Position numbers and translations under genes: made by a program | Notes under the pieces: model-generated | Told to the model about the DNA's origin: nothing | What the model saw: the letters and a program-made list of their open reading frames with translations, nothing else | Database searches by the model: none | Assembly: GCA_964016885.1 (NCBI GenBank) | Contig: CAXHJY010001371.1 | Location: forward strand, 13,823-77,822 | Reading direction: 5' to 3' | DNA from: Eledone cirrhosa | Lineage: Eukaryota | DNA: 64,000 nt | Shown here: in pieces, positions 14,169 to 29,248 of the stretch | How positions within the stretch are numbered: position 1 is the first letter of the stretch | How the letters are laid out: the number at the start of each line of letters is the position of its first letter

Positions 14169-14566
14169 ATTGTTATATTTGGGGAGGGTCATATTTGCGT
14201 AATATTGCCAGGATTAATAACAGAACACACTCACTGTTTGGTTGGTTTTCGCTTCTCGCTGTCTTTTATATATATATATCTGCGATCTAACTTACTCGGT
14301 CCTCAATGTTGCCATTGACTGACCGCGGTCAAAAATAATACAGATACAATATAGACACAAACACATATATATAGTTTACACAATTTACATAAATCTTTCG
14401 TTGCACATCTGCAACATCGTCAGTGGTGTTATATTCATTGTTCCTCCTGTTGTGTTGTATGTCTACGCCATTTTTTTTTGACAAAAAAAAATGGCGTAGA
14501 CATACAAATATAACAATATCTGTTTCGACACACGATTTCATATAAAAAACCTCGCAAAACTAATTC
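14169..14566. mobile_element. Family C fold-back fragment, copy 2
   Basis: Direct repeat of 11244-11642 at an offset of ~2925 bp. Confidence 0.7.
14360..14430 (-). ncRNA. Hammerhead-like motif (family C)
   Basis: CTGACGA-t-gttgca gatg tgcaac-GAAA, extended stem III, weak stem I. Confidence 0.45.
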
Positions 14567-14646
14567 ATATATATACACATATACATATATATATATACAT
14601 ATACATACATACATATATACATATATATATATACACATATACATAT

Positions 14647-14735
<89 letters not shown>

Positions 14736-14822
14736 CATATATATACATATATATATACATACATATATATACATATATATATATATACATATATATATAT
14801 GTATATACATATATATATACAC

Positions 14823-14855
<33 letters not shown>

Positions 14856-15126
14856 CATATATATATACATATATATATATACATATATATATATACATAT
14901 ATATATACATACATATATATATACACATATACATATATATATATACACATATATACATATATACATATATATATATATATACACATATACATATATATAT
15001 ATATATACATATATACATATATACACATATATATATATATACACATATACATATATACATATATACATATATATATATACACATATACATATATATATAT
15101 ACACATATACATATATACATATATAC

Positions 15127-15207
<81 letters not shown>

Positions 15208-15249
15208 CATATATATACATATATACATATATATATATACACAGATACT

Positions 15250-15311
<62 letters not shown>

Positions 15312-15480
15312 TATACATATATATATACATACATATATATACATATATATATACATACATATATATACATATATATATACATATATACATATACATATAT
15401 ATATATATACATATATACATATACATATATATCCATATATACATATATATATACATATATATATATATATACATATATAC

Positions 15481-15555
<75 letters not shown>

Positions 15556-15601
15556 CATATAAATATACATATATATATATATATATACGTATATTTATAT
15601 G

Positions 15602-15632
<31 letters not shown>

Positions 15633-15641
15633 GTATATATG

Positions 15642-15674
<33 letters not shown>

Positions 15675-15795
15675 GTATATATGGATATATATGTATATGT
15701 ATATATGTATATATATATATATGTATATGTATATATGTATATATATATGTATATATATGTATGAATATATATATGTATATATATGTATGTATATA

Positions 15796-15840
<45 letters not shown>

Positions 15841-15856
15841 ATATATACATATATAT

Positions 15857-15964
<108 letters not shown>

Positions 15965-16033
15965 GTATATATGTATATATGTATATGTGTATATATATAT
16001 ATGTATATGTGCATATATATATATGTATATATG

Positions 16034-16064
<31 letters not shown>

Positions 16065-16077
16065 GTGTATATATGTA

Positions 16078-16124
<47 letters not shown>

Positions 16125-16422
16125 GTGTATATATATATATATGTATATATGTATATATGTGTATATATATATATATATATATGTATATGTGTATATATAT
16201 ATATATGTATATGTGTATATATATGTATATGTGTATATATATATATATATGTATGTATATATATATATATATGTATGTATATATATATATACATATACAT
16301 ATATATATATATACATATATATACATATATACATATATATATACATATATACATATATATATATACATATATACATATACATGTATATATATATACATAT
16401 ATATATACATATATATATATAC

Positions 16423-17306
16423 ATGTGCATCTGCTGTGGTGTCAAAAACAAACGCACATGACCGCACAGATAAACAATGGACCATGCCACGTGGCTTGAA
16501 CCCGTAAGTGAATTGAAGGTTCTGCAACTCTGATACACATATTGTTTATTATTTATTATTAAGATGTATAAACTGGACACGACTGTTATCATCCTATATT
16601 CTCTCAACGAATCACACTTGATCATATTTCTCTATCCTGTTTTCTCCCCCCATAATTATTATATTTTTATTATTTTTTATTATTGTTTGAAAAAAATCGG
16701 TTTTTTTTTACATTGTGTTTTCCCCTCCAAATATTCGCTTATATTTCCTTATATATTCTCTATATATTTTTTATCTTTAGTATTATTTCCACTTTTATCC
16801 TCCTTTATATTTTACCTTATTCTTACTTTTATACCTTATTATAGTGTAATCTTCCCCATGCCTTATTATACACTATTAATTATAGATTATTATTATTACT
16901 CTTTTTTCCATTTCTAATTACCTCATGTACCTTCTCCTCCGCTATATGTATATATGTATTCTACGCCCTTTGTGTTTGTGTAGCCTCTGCGCACCCTCTG
17001 CACCATACTACCCACGCCACCTCATCTATGGTTCAGCTAACCACCCGACCCCGGAATGAATATGACCGCAGCTAGTAAACTAGGACCAACACCCCACCCT
17101 CCCGCACCAAAATTAGACTTATCGTCCCCTACTTTTGCTCTTTACTCTCTCTACCCTGTGTTCTCGGGTGTTTGGTTGGTAGAGTCCATAACACCAATCA
17201 AACCCCTTTTATAGCTCTGATGAATCCTACGGTTACACGTAAGGAAGAAACATTGTTACCCAATAAAACTCTTTTGATGTTGTAGACGCTCTTGTGTCCT
17301 TTTTCA
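16423..17306 (+). mobile_element. Probable PLE 3'UTR remnant ending in a hammerhead motif
   Basis: Non-coding, T/C-rich sequence with an HHR core at 17217-17257, ending ~50 nt later in (TA)n. Confidence 0.55.
17207..17268 (+). ncRNA. Type I hammerhead motif with damaged stem I
   Basis: CTGATGA-atcctacggttacacgtaaggaa-GAAA-CATTG-TT. Outer stem I ttttat/ataaaa pairs, but the inner pairs are mismatched. Confidence 0.6.
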
Positions 17307-17449
17307 TATATATATATACATATATATATATACATATATATATACATATATATATATATACATATAAATATACATATATATATATATATATATATGCATA
17401 TACATATATATATATATACATATATATATACATATAAATATACGTATAT

Positions 17450-17483
<34 letters not shown>

Positions 17484-17582
17484 ATATATACATATATATA
17501 CATATATACATATATATATATACATATATACATATATATACATATATACATATACATGTATATATATACATATATATACATG

Positions 17583-17628
<46 letters not shown>

Positions 17629-17873
17629 CACATATACATATATATACACATATACATATATATATATACACATATACATATATATATATTACACATATAT
17701 ACATATATACATATATATATATATACACATATACATATATATATAATACACATATATACATATATACATATATATATATATATACACATATACATATATA
17801 CATATATACATATATATATATACACATATACATATATATGTATATACACATATACATATATACATATATACAT

Positions 17874-17920
<47 letters not shown>

Positions 17921-18003
17921 CATATACATACATATATACATATATATATATACATATACATACATACATATATACATATATATATATATTGACATATACA
18001 TAT

Positions 18004-18046
<43 letters not shown>

Positions 18047-18083
18047 CATATATATACATATATATATACATACATATATATAC

Positions 18084-18136
<53 letters not shown>

Positions 18137-18144
18137 CACATATA

Positions 18145-18232
<88 letters not shown>

Positions 18233-18259
18233 CATATATATATACACATCTATATATAC

Positions 18260-18318
<59 letters not shown>

Positions 18319-18331
18319 CATATATATATAC

Positions 18332-18408
<77 letters not shown>

Positions 18409-18678
18409 CACATATACATATATATACACATATACATATATATATATATACACATATACACATATATATATATACACATATATACATATATACATATATA
18501 ATTACATATATATATATATACACATATACATGTATATATATATATACATATATACATATATACATATATACATATATATATATACACATATACATATATA
18601 CATATATACATATATATACACATATACATATATATATATACACATATACATATATACATATATACATATATACATATG

Positions 18679-18770
<92 letters not shown>

Positions 18771-18937
18771 CATATATATACATATATACATATATATATA
18801 TATATACACATATACATATATATACACATATACATATATATATATATACACATATACATATATATATATATACACATATATACATATATACATATATATA
18901 TATATACACATATACATATATATATATATACACATAT

Positions 18938-18975
<38 letters not shown>

Positions 18976-19057
18976 ACATATATACATATATACATATATA
19001 TATATACACATATACATATATATGTATATACACATATACATATATACATATATACAT

Positions 19058-19104
<47 letters not shown>

Positions 19105-19185
19105 CATACATACATATATACATATATATATATACATATACATACATACATATATACATATATATATATATTGACATATACATAT

Positions 19186-19242
<57 letters not shown>

Positions 19243-19279
19243 CATATATATACATATATATATACATACATATATATAC

Positions 19280-19310
<31 letters not shown>

Positions 19311-19349
19311 CATATATATATATACACATATATATATATATACATATAC

Positions 19350-19420
<71 letters not shown>

Positions 19421-19447
19421 CATATATATATATACATCTATATATAC

Positions 19448-19504
<57 letters not shown>

Positions 19505-19750
19505 CATATATATATACATATATATATATATATGTATATATATATACACATATACACATATATATATATACACATATATACATATATACATATATATATA
19601 TATACACATATACATATATATATATACATATATACATATATACATATATACATATATATATATACACATATACATATATACATATATACATATATATACA
19701 CATATACATATATATATATACACATATACATATATACATATATACATATG

Positions 19751-19832
<82 letters not shown>

Positions 19833-19871
19833 CATATATATACATATATACATATATATATATATACACAT

Positions 19872-19930
<59 letters not shown>

Positions 19931-20165
19931 TATATACATACATATATATACATATATATATACATACATATATATACATATATATATACATATATACATA
20001 TACATATATATATATATACATATATACATATACATATATATACATATATACATATATATATACATATATATATATATACATATATACATATATATATACA
20101 TATATATATATATATACATATATACATATATATATATACATATATATATATACATATAAATATAC

Positions 20166-20197
<32 letters not shown>

Positions 20198-20289
20198 ATA
20201 TATACATATAATATACATATATACATATATATATATACATATATACATATATATATATACATATATACATATACATGTATATATATACA

Positions 20290-20321
<32 letters not shown>

Positions 20322-20366
20322 CATATATATATACATATATATATATATACATATAAATATACATAT

Positions 20367-20400
<34 letters not shown>

Positions 20401-20766
20401 ATATATACATATATATATACATATATATATACATATATATATATACATATATATATATACATATATATATATACATATATATATATATACATATATATAC
20501 ACATATATATATACACATATATATACATATATATACATATATATACATATACATATATATACATATATATATATATATACACATATACAAATATATACAC
20601 ATATACATATATATATATATATACACATATACATATATATATATATACACATATATACATATATACATATATATATATATACGCATATACATATATATAT
20701 ATATACACATATATACATATATACATATATATATATATATACACATATACATATATACAGATATAC

Positions 20767-20798
<32 letters not shown>

Positions 20799-20976
20799 AT
20801 ATATATACACATATACATATATACATATATACATAGTTATATACATATATATATATATACATATACATACATACATATATACATATATACATATATACCT
20901 ATACATATATATATATACACATATACATATATATATATACACATATACATATATACATATATACATAGATATATAC

Positions 20977-21008
<32 letters not shown>

Positions 21009-21082
21009 ATATATACATATATATATATACATATATATATACATATATATATATACATATATATATATACATCTATATATAC

Positions 21083-21139
<57 letters not shown>

Positions 21140-21152
21140 CATATATATATAC

Positions 21153-21201
<49 letters not shown>

Positions 21202-21472
21202 CATACATACATATATATATATATATACACATATACATATATATACACATATACATATATATATATACACATATACATATATATATATACACATATAAAC
21301 ATATATACATATATATATATACACATATACATATATATATATATATACATATATACATATATACATATATACATATATATATATACACATATACATATAT
21401 ACATATATACATATATATATATACACATATACATATCTATATATACACATATACATATATATATATACACAT

Positions 21473-21557
<85 letters not shown>

Positions 21558-21630
21558 CATACATATATACATATATATATATTTACATATATATACATAT
21601 ATACATATATATATATACACATATACATAT

Positions 21631-21675
<45 letters not shown>

Positions 21676-21826
21676 TATATACATACATATATATACATAT
21701 ATATATACATACATATATATACATATATATATACATATATACATATATATATATATACATATATACATATACATATATATACATATATACATATATATAT
21801 ACATATATATATATATACATATATAC

Positions 21827-21859
<33 letters not shown>

Positions 21860-21910
21860 CATATATACATATATATATATATACATATATATATATACAT
21901 ATAAATATAC

Positions 21911-21942
<32 letters not shown>

Positions 21943-22127
21943 ATATATATATATACATATATATACATATATACATATATATATATACACATATATACAT
22001 ATATATATATAAACGTTAGAATATGTGTAATAAGGCCAAGACAATGCAGATATGGACATAGAAAAAGAATGCAATAGTGAGAGATATTGATGAGAATTCG
22101 TCTTTCACCTTGAATTTATTTAAATGT

Positions 22128-22162
22128 CCTTAATTTTCGAGATAATATCTCTTCTTCGGAGG
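22128..22162 (-). ncRNA. Minimal hammerhead motif (U4C core variant)
   Basis: cct-CCGAAGA-agagat att atctc-GAAA-AT-TA-agg. Confidence 0.55.
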
Positions 22163-22537
22163 GAAGTAAAAGTCTCAGACCAGCGTCTTAAATTTCCAAT
22201 GAAGCCATGCTGACCGGAAATAGTATAGAGTTCTAACTTTAATATCAAAGAATTAAATTAAGTGGGTAAAGAGTAGTCTCCCTTTAAGAGGGGTTTGTTT
22301 ATGTTTTTGTTGTGTTTTTTAAATTTTATATGCGTGCCTGTATATGTGTGTGGGAGAAAGCATGAAGGTGTAGGTATGTGTGTGTGTGAGTGTGGGAAGA
22401 TAGGTCTAATCGTAAAAGTGGGGGGTAGGTGTTATCTGGTGTTAGAACTGGTTTTGTGTGTGTATGTGTGAGAGAGAATAAGTGGAGGTGTGTGCGTGCG
22501 TGTGTGTGGGGTGTGTAAAGTGGGGCTAGAGGCCCTA

Positions 22538-23125
22538 TCAGGTTATAAATTGGGTGTTGAGCTCTAGTCTATTATTGATTGGTGGATGTCTGCTATCTAT
22601 AATGAGTGCTTCCTTGATTCTAAGATTACCGAGGTTTCTTTCTTTAGTTTCTATCCTAACTGTTATGTTTTTATCAGTGTTTTTGCATTTAACTAGGTGT
22701 TTCTTAAATGAGGAAGCGTTAGTATTGAGGTGTTCTTTTATTCTTATGTGGAGTGGTCTGGTGGTGCTACCTACGTAGAAGTTGTTGCATTTGTCACACT
22801 CTAGTCTGTAAACTACGTAAGCCTGGTGGCATAGGTCTGTGTCGTTGATGGGCAGTTGGCTAGTCTGCAGCAGTTGTCATGTCTGGTGGAGTGTCTCTTA
22901 GCTAGCCGTCCACGCAAAGAAGGACCCGAATGGGCCAGTTGAATATCCAGACCTTCTCGTGTGATGGCTCTGCGGATGGCTGTTGTTGTTTCTTCACTGA
23001 AGTGTGGGAGCTTCAGGAAGCAAGTGTTAGTGCCTCGGGTGTGGTGTCCTCTGTTCTTTCTGGCACGGTTTGTGGTGGATGTCGTGTATCCGTTCAGTTT
23101 GAGTACTTCCAGGAAATGTGTGGTG
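22538..23125 (-). pseudogene. PLE RT-thumb/linker/GIY-YIG fragment with a 1-nt frameshift near 22851
   Basis: LKLNGY...LKLPHFSEE...CRLANC, then after the frameshift [41 protein letters not shown]...KEALII...INNRLE. Confidence 0.85.
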
Positions 23126-23163
23126 TGTGTGTATATATATATATACATATATACATATACATG

Positions 23164-23209
<46 letters not shown>

Positions 23210-23552
23210 CATATATATATATATACACATATACATATATATATACACATATATACATATATATATATATACGCATATACATATATATATACACATATAT
23301 ACATATATACATATATATATATATACACATATACATATATACATATATACATATATATATATATACATATACATATATATATATATACACATATACATAT
23401 ATACATATATACATAGTTATATACATATATATATATATATACATATACATACATACATATATACATATATACATATATACATATACATATATATATATAT
23501 ACACATATACATATATATATATATATACACATATACATATATACATATATAC

Positions 23553-24256
23553 ATAAAAACAAATAACGAAACGAAATTAAACCTCGTTTCGTTTGTAACT
23601 CACTTTTGTATGACTGACGCTTAAACAATTAAGTTAAAGATGTACATCCATATATGTATACTGAAATACTAGTATGTATATGAATACACACACGTATACA
23701 TATGTAGATGTACCAAGTTTTTTCACTGGACACTTTACTGTGAGTGGCCAGCTATTGTGTATGTAAACACACAGACAAACCGGTTTTTAGAGTCATACTG
23801 GTTTTTGAGGAAACACCTTTCCTCTATTCTCCAGAAAGCCAGACAAGGAATATTGAACTAGTTTCGTTTTTGTTACAACTCATCAGCAATATTTACCTAT
23901 CTTCCGGCCTCTCTAGAGAATCGTAAAAGCACATATCGTTATATGCTTTTTCTATGAAAATTAGTAGTGGGCAGACTAATTTGCATAGAGTGTGAGTAAG
24001 TACCGGTTCAACGGAGACGATAAAAACAAATAACGAAACGAAATTAAACCTCGTTTCGTTTTTAACTCACTTTTGTATGACTGACGCTTAAACAATTAAG
24101 TTAAAGATGTACATCCATATATGTATACTGAAATACTAGTATGTATATGAATACACACACGTATACATATGTAGATGTACCAAGTTTTTTCACTGGTCAC
24201 TTTACTGTGAGTGGCCAGCTATTCTGTATGTAAACACACAGACAAACCGGTTTTTA
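23553..24256 (-). mobile_element. ORF-less partial tandem (467-bp period) containing a hammerhead; candidate non-LTR retrozyme
   Basis: 23553-23789 is repeated at 24020-24256 with a few substitutions. The HHR lies in the unique middle part, and both sides are (TA)n. Confidence 0.65.
23849..23893 (-). ncRNA. Minimal type I hammerhead ribozyme
   Basis: aatattg-CTGATGA-gtt gtaacaaa aac-GAAA-CTAG-TT-caatatt. Stem I is 7 bp and stem III is the palindrome ACTAGT. Confidence 0.9.
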
Positions 24257-24273
24257 TATACATAGATATATAC

Positions 24274-24305
<32 letters not shown>

Positions 24306-24351
24306 ATATATACATATATATATACATATATATATACATATATATATATAC

Positions 24352-24388
<37 letters not shown>

Positions 24389-24969
24389 CATATATATACA
24401 CATATATATATACACATATATATACATATATATACATATATATACATATACATATATATACATATATATATATATACACATATACATATATATACACATA
24501 TACATATATATATATATACACATATACATATATATATATATACACATATATACATATATACATATATATATATATACGCATATACATATATATATATATA
24601 CACATATATACATATATACATATATAAATATATATATATATATACACATATACATATATACATATATACATATATATATATATACATATACATATATATA
24701 TATACATATATATATATACATATATATATATACATATATATATATATACATATATATACACATATATATATACACATATATATACATATATATACATATA
24801 TATATACATATACATATATATACATATATATATATATACACATATACATATATATACACATATACATATATATATATATACACATATACATATATATATA
24901 TACACATATATACATATATACATATATATATATATATACGCATATACATATATATATATATACACATAT

Positions 24970-25003
<34 letters not shown>

Positions 25004-25039
25004 TTATACATATATACATATATACATATATATATATAT

Positions 25040-25084
<45 letters not shown>

Positions 25085-25285
25085 CATATATACATATACA
25101 TATATATATATATACACATATACATATATATATACACATATACATATATACATATATACATAGATATATACATATATATATATATATATACATATACATA
25201 CATACGTATATACATATATATATATACATATACATACATACATATATACATATATATATATATTGACATATACATATATACATGT

Positions 25286-25320
<35 letters not shown>

Positions 25321-25377
25321 CATATATATACATATATATATACATACATATATATACATATATATATATATACAATA

Positions 25378-25409
<32 letters not shown>

Positions 25410-25412
25410 CAC

Positions 25413-25489
<77 letters not shown>

Positions 25490-25516
25490 CATATATATAT
25501 ATACATCTATATATAC

Positions 25517-25549
<33 letters not shown>

Positions 25550-25588
25550 ATAAATAAATAACAAAGAACGCTTATAGCATATGCATAT

Positions 25589-25646
25589 CTTTACTTGCTA
25601 ACATTGTTTCATCCGCACTATAAGTGGGACTCATCAGAGCATAAAG
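25589..25646 (-). ncRNA. Type I hammerhead ribozyme (family B, inverted arm)
   Basis: Reverse complement of 34149-34206. Confidence 0.85.
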
Positions 25647-26208
25647 GTTAATTACATACCATACAAGCAATAACAAATCCAAGACATTGAAGAATGAAAG
25701 GTAATAATAGACGATAGAGGATAAGAATAAAAATAAAAATAAAAGTAAAAATAAAAATAAAAATAAAAATAAGGGGTGCTATCAGTCACAGTTGGGCGGT
25801 GTGCTGTCAATATATAGTTACATACAAGCATACACATGGATAAGAGAACAGACAAGAGTAGACACATGGATAAGAGAACAGACAAGAGTAGATAAGATAA
25901 TGGGATTAGGTAAGAGTAGGTAAAAAATAGGTAAAAAATAGGTAAAAAACAGACTTATAATATATATAAAAAGAAATACAAAGAAATACATAACAAACTT
26001 ACATATAAAATATAAAATATAGGGTAAGGAATGAGATAAAATAATATAAAATTAAAAATTAAAAATTATATACATAGAACATAATATAGTATAATCGTAA
26101 AATAAGATAAAATAAGGTAAACTAAAATCAAATAACATAGACTAAATTAAAATTAAAATCAAATGTATAATTATAATTATATGTATAATTAAATGTAATT
26201 AAATGTAA

Positions 26209-26248
<40 letters not shown>

Positions 26249-26317
26249 AAATTAAATAAATAAATAAAATTAAAATTTAAATTTTAAAATTTTAAAATTA
26301 AAATCTAAATTTAAATA

Positions 26318-26356
<39 letters not shown>

Positions 26357-27971
26357 ATGGAGTCAAGTAAGTAAATAAATAAAATTAGATAACATGAAAT
26401 GAAATAAAATAAAATGAAATAAAGTAAATTGAGATAAGATATATATTTTTTTAGAATATATCTCTTGAATATATCAGGGGCCCACGAAGGCACTAAATGT
26501 CACAGTTATGTGTATCACTTGACCAATTTTTAAAAATATATTTCTTGAAAACATCAGGGGCCCACGAAGGCACTAAGTGTCACAGTCACCAGTATCACTT
26601 GACCATTGCAAGGCAATGGAGGCGTCCCAGGTTGGGCAGTCTCGAAAGTTCACTCGAAAGTCATGGGTGTGCATTCACACAGTTGAGCGGTGGGGTAATC
26701 ACAAACCGGTTCACACACCAATTTTTTAAAATATATTTCTTGAAAACATCAGGGGCCCACGAAGGCACTAAGTGTCACAGTCACCAGTATCACTCGAGCG
26801 GTGGGGTAATCACAAACCGGTTCACACACGGGCAGGAGTCAAATGGTCAGAGAGGTGCATCAAAGGAGGTAGAAGAATTCACATGCATTAGCAAGCGTGA
26901 GGTTAAAGCAAGCAGATACAGTTGTAGCGCATACAAAATATATATAAAAAGACAGAAGATATATATAAAAAAATAGCTTCAAGAGCCATTAAGTCACCGC
27001 ATTGGGACATCACAAGATTGTACACATCAATATGTTCAGCACGTATATGCACGTATACACACCACATGCATATGCAGAGACGGTATACATATATATATAT
27101 ATATTTTTTTTTATATATACACACAGACACATATAACCACCTACACCCATACACATATAAATGTATACACGGGCACACACGCACACACACACAGCGTAGG
27201 ACACCCGGGTCAAAGCCGATATTAAATACGATATTAAATACGATATTAAACACCGAAATACCACATTAGACCAGACCCACCACCACAGGTAATATATTCA
27301 AAACAAATACATACGATGAGATGTATTAAAGTTGAAATCCTACGGAGATATTCATGTCTGCACGTGCCATTGACCGATTCGAGTGTACACAGACCGTTAG
27401 TAACTACGGAGGGCCATCGGGGCCAAAACGTTACTTTCGGGATCATAAAAACGACCGTCAATATAAGGAAGGCCGATCGTGCTAGAAAGACTACAACCCC
27501 GGGTAAGAGCTCCCAGAGGTCAGCCTGTAGATCTTGAACCACAGAATATGAGGGCAACACATATATGCGCCACGTATCCACTGCTTACGGCAGGATGGCA
27601 CGGGTCCGCCACAGTTACAGGCTAAATTTCTACTAGTGCAGCCTAAATCACAGTACACGCTTTACATAAATACATTACATCACAACTCATGCGCATACAG
27701 AGGTACAGATCAACAAGATATACGTCAGGATAGGTCCACCAATGCACTAATGGTGGGTAGGCCAGCGTGGATGGGTTACATCCACTGTACCAAACAGGGG
27801 TGCTTATTAACATACACTCCCCTGCACACCCCAATATCAAGATCAATATCCTCCCACAGGCATACGTATACATTCACAGACTCGTATACATAGACGACCA
27901 ACATTAGGAGACAGTTACACTCAGTCAGAGACATTTACACAAGACAGCCCAACTGGAGGAATAAGGACGTG

Positions 27972-28966
27972 CTAGCTAACAGGTTTAAAGTAGAAGAAAG
28001 AGCTTAATATTCGGTGGGGGCAAGAGGAAAAAATTTCAGACTTTCTATTTAGTAGAGGGCATTTAGCAAATATAATAGAGTGGGATTCGGCAAGGCACAG
28101 GTTGCATACTCTACTATGAGGAGTATATGGATGGGATTTAGCAACCTGCCGCCAAGTAAGTGTGTAAGGTGTTCGTGCATTTTTTAAATTATGGACGTAC
28201 GCTGCCAAGGAGGTGGAGTTCTTCAGTTTATTATGTCTAAAAGTGCATTGATGAGAGTTAAACCTGGTCTTAAAGGGGGTGGAAGTTGATCCTATATAGG
28301 TCATAGTGGACGCCGTAGTTACCACATCACACGCATAAACTATGTTTCTAACAAGGCAGAAACCATTCAGGGGGCAGCCCGAAGCCCTTCTACAGTTACA
28401 ACCTCTGGTGATGCTATTCTCAGAAAGATCACCACCAGTGTTACTGCCCACTCTATCCACTACCGTGTTTTCCCCTAGGCTTAGGTTGTCCAGGCCTTCC
28501 TTTATTTTCTTATTATTAGTAATGGCCAGATGAGAGGACAGATTTTGGGTTGTAGAATACGAAAGTTTAACAACATTCTTATTGAGGATAGAGTGGTACC
28601 TATTACCAGGAGGGAAGTTCCGTTCTAGCACAGAGAAGAAGGCCCTAGGAATATTTGTAGCCACTTCAGAATTAAAAGGGGGGTTGAAGTATGTATTCAA
28701 TCTTCTTCTATTCTTTTTATTCTTTCTATTTCCATCAGTATTATTAGCATTATTATTTCTACGGTTCCTATGCTCACCTAGTCTATGCGGGGAGCTGCGA
28801 GGCCCACCATTGCTATTACTTAGACTAATGGTGCCCTGCTGGTTCATTCCACCGGCATCTAGAAACCTCCCGTTCACGACACCTCTATTGTTATTACTTA
28901 GACTAATGGTGCCCTGCTGTTTCATTCCACCGGCATTTAGAACCCTCCCATTCGCGACACCTCGAT

Positions 28967-28967
<1 letters not shown>
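27972..28967 (-). pseudogene. Inverted, 5'-truncated copy of the family B ORF (linker + GIY-YIG only)
   Basis: The translation matches the C-terminal part of 29249-31798 except CNCRR versus CNCRK. Confidence 0.9.
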
Positions 28968-29017
<50 letters not shown>

Positions 29018-29086
29018 TATTTAAATTTAGATTTTAATTTTAAAATTTTAAAATTTAAATTTTAATTTTATTTATTTATTTAATTT

Positions 29087-29122
<36 letters not shown>

Positions 29123-29248
29123 TTACATTTAATTACATTTAATTATACATATAATTATAATTATACATTTGATTTTAATTTTAATTTAGTCTATGTTATT
29201 TGATTTTAGTTTACCTTATTTTATCTTATTTTACGATTATACTATATT

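Larger units (their letters stand above)
22012..23127 (-). mobile_element. 5'-truncated PLE (Nematis-like Cys linker)
   Basis: GIY-YIG pseudogene, CA-rich 3'UTR and a minimal HHR. Confidence 0.8.

Noticed and set aside
26311-27893. Small ORFs mirrored at 31877-33459
   Set aside because: They are UTR sequence duplicated by the inverted repeat and contain no recognisable domains.
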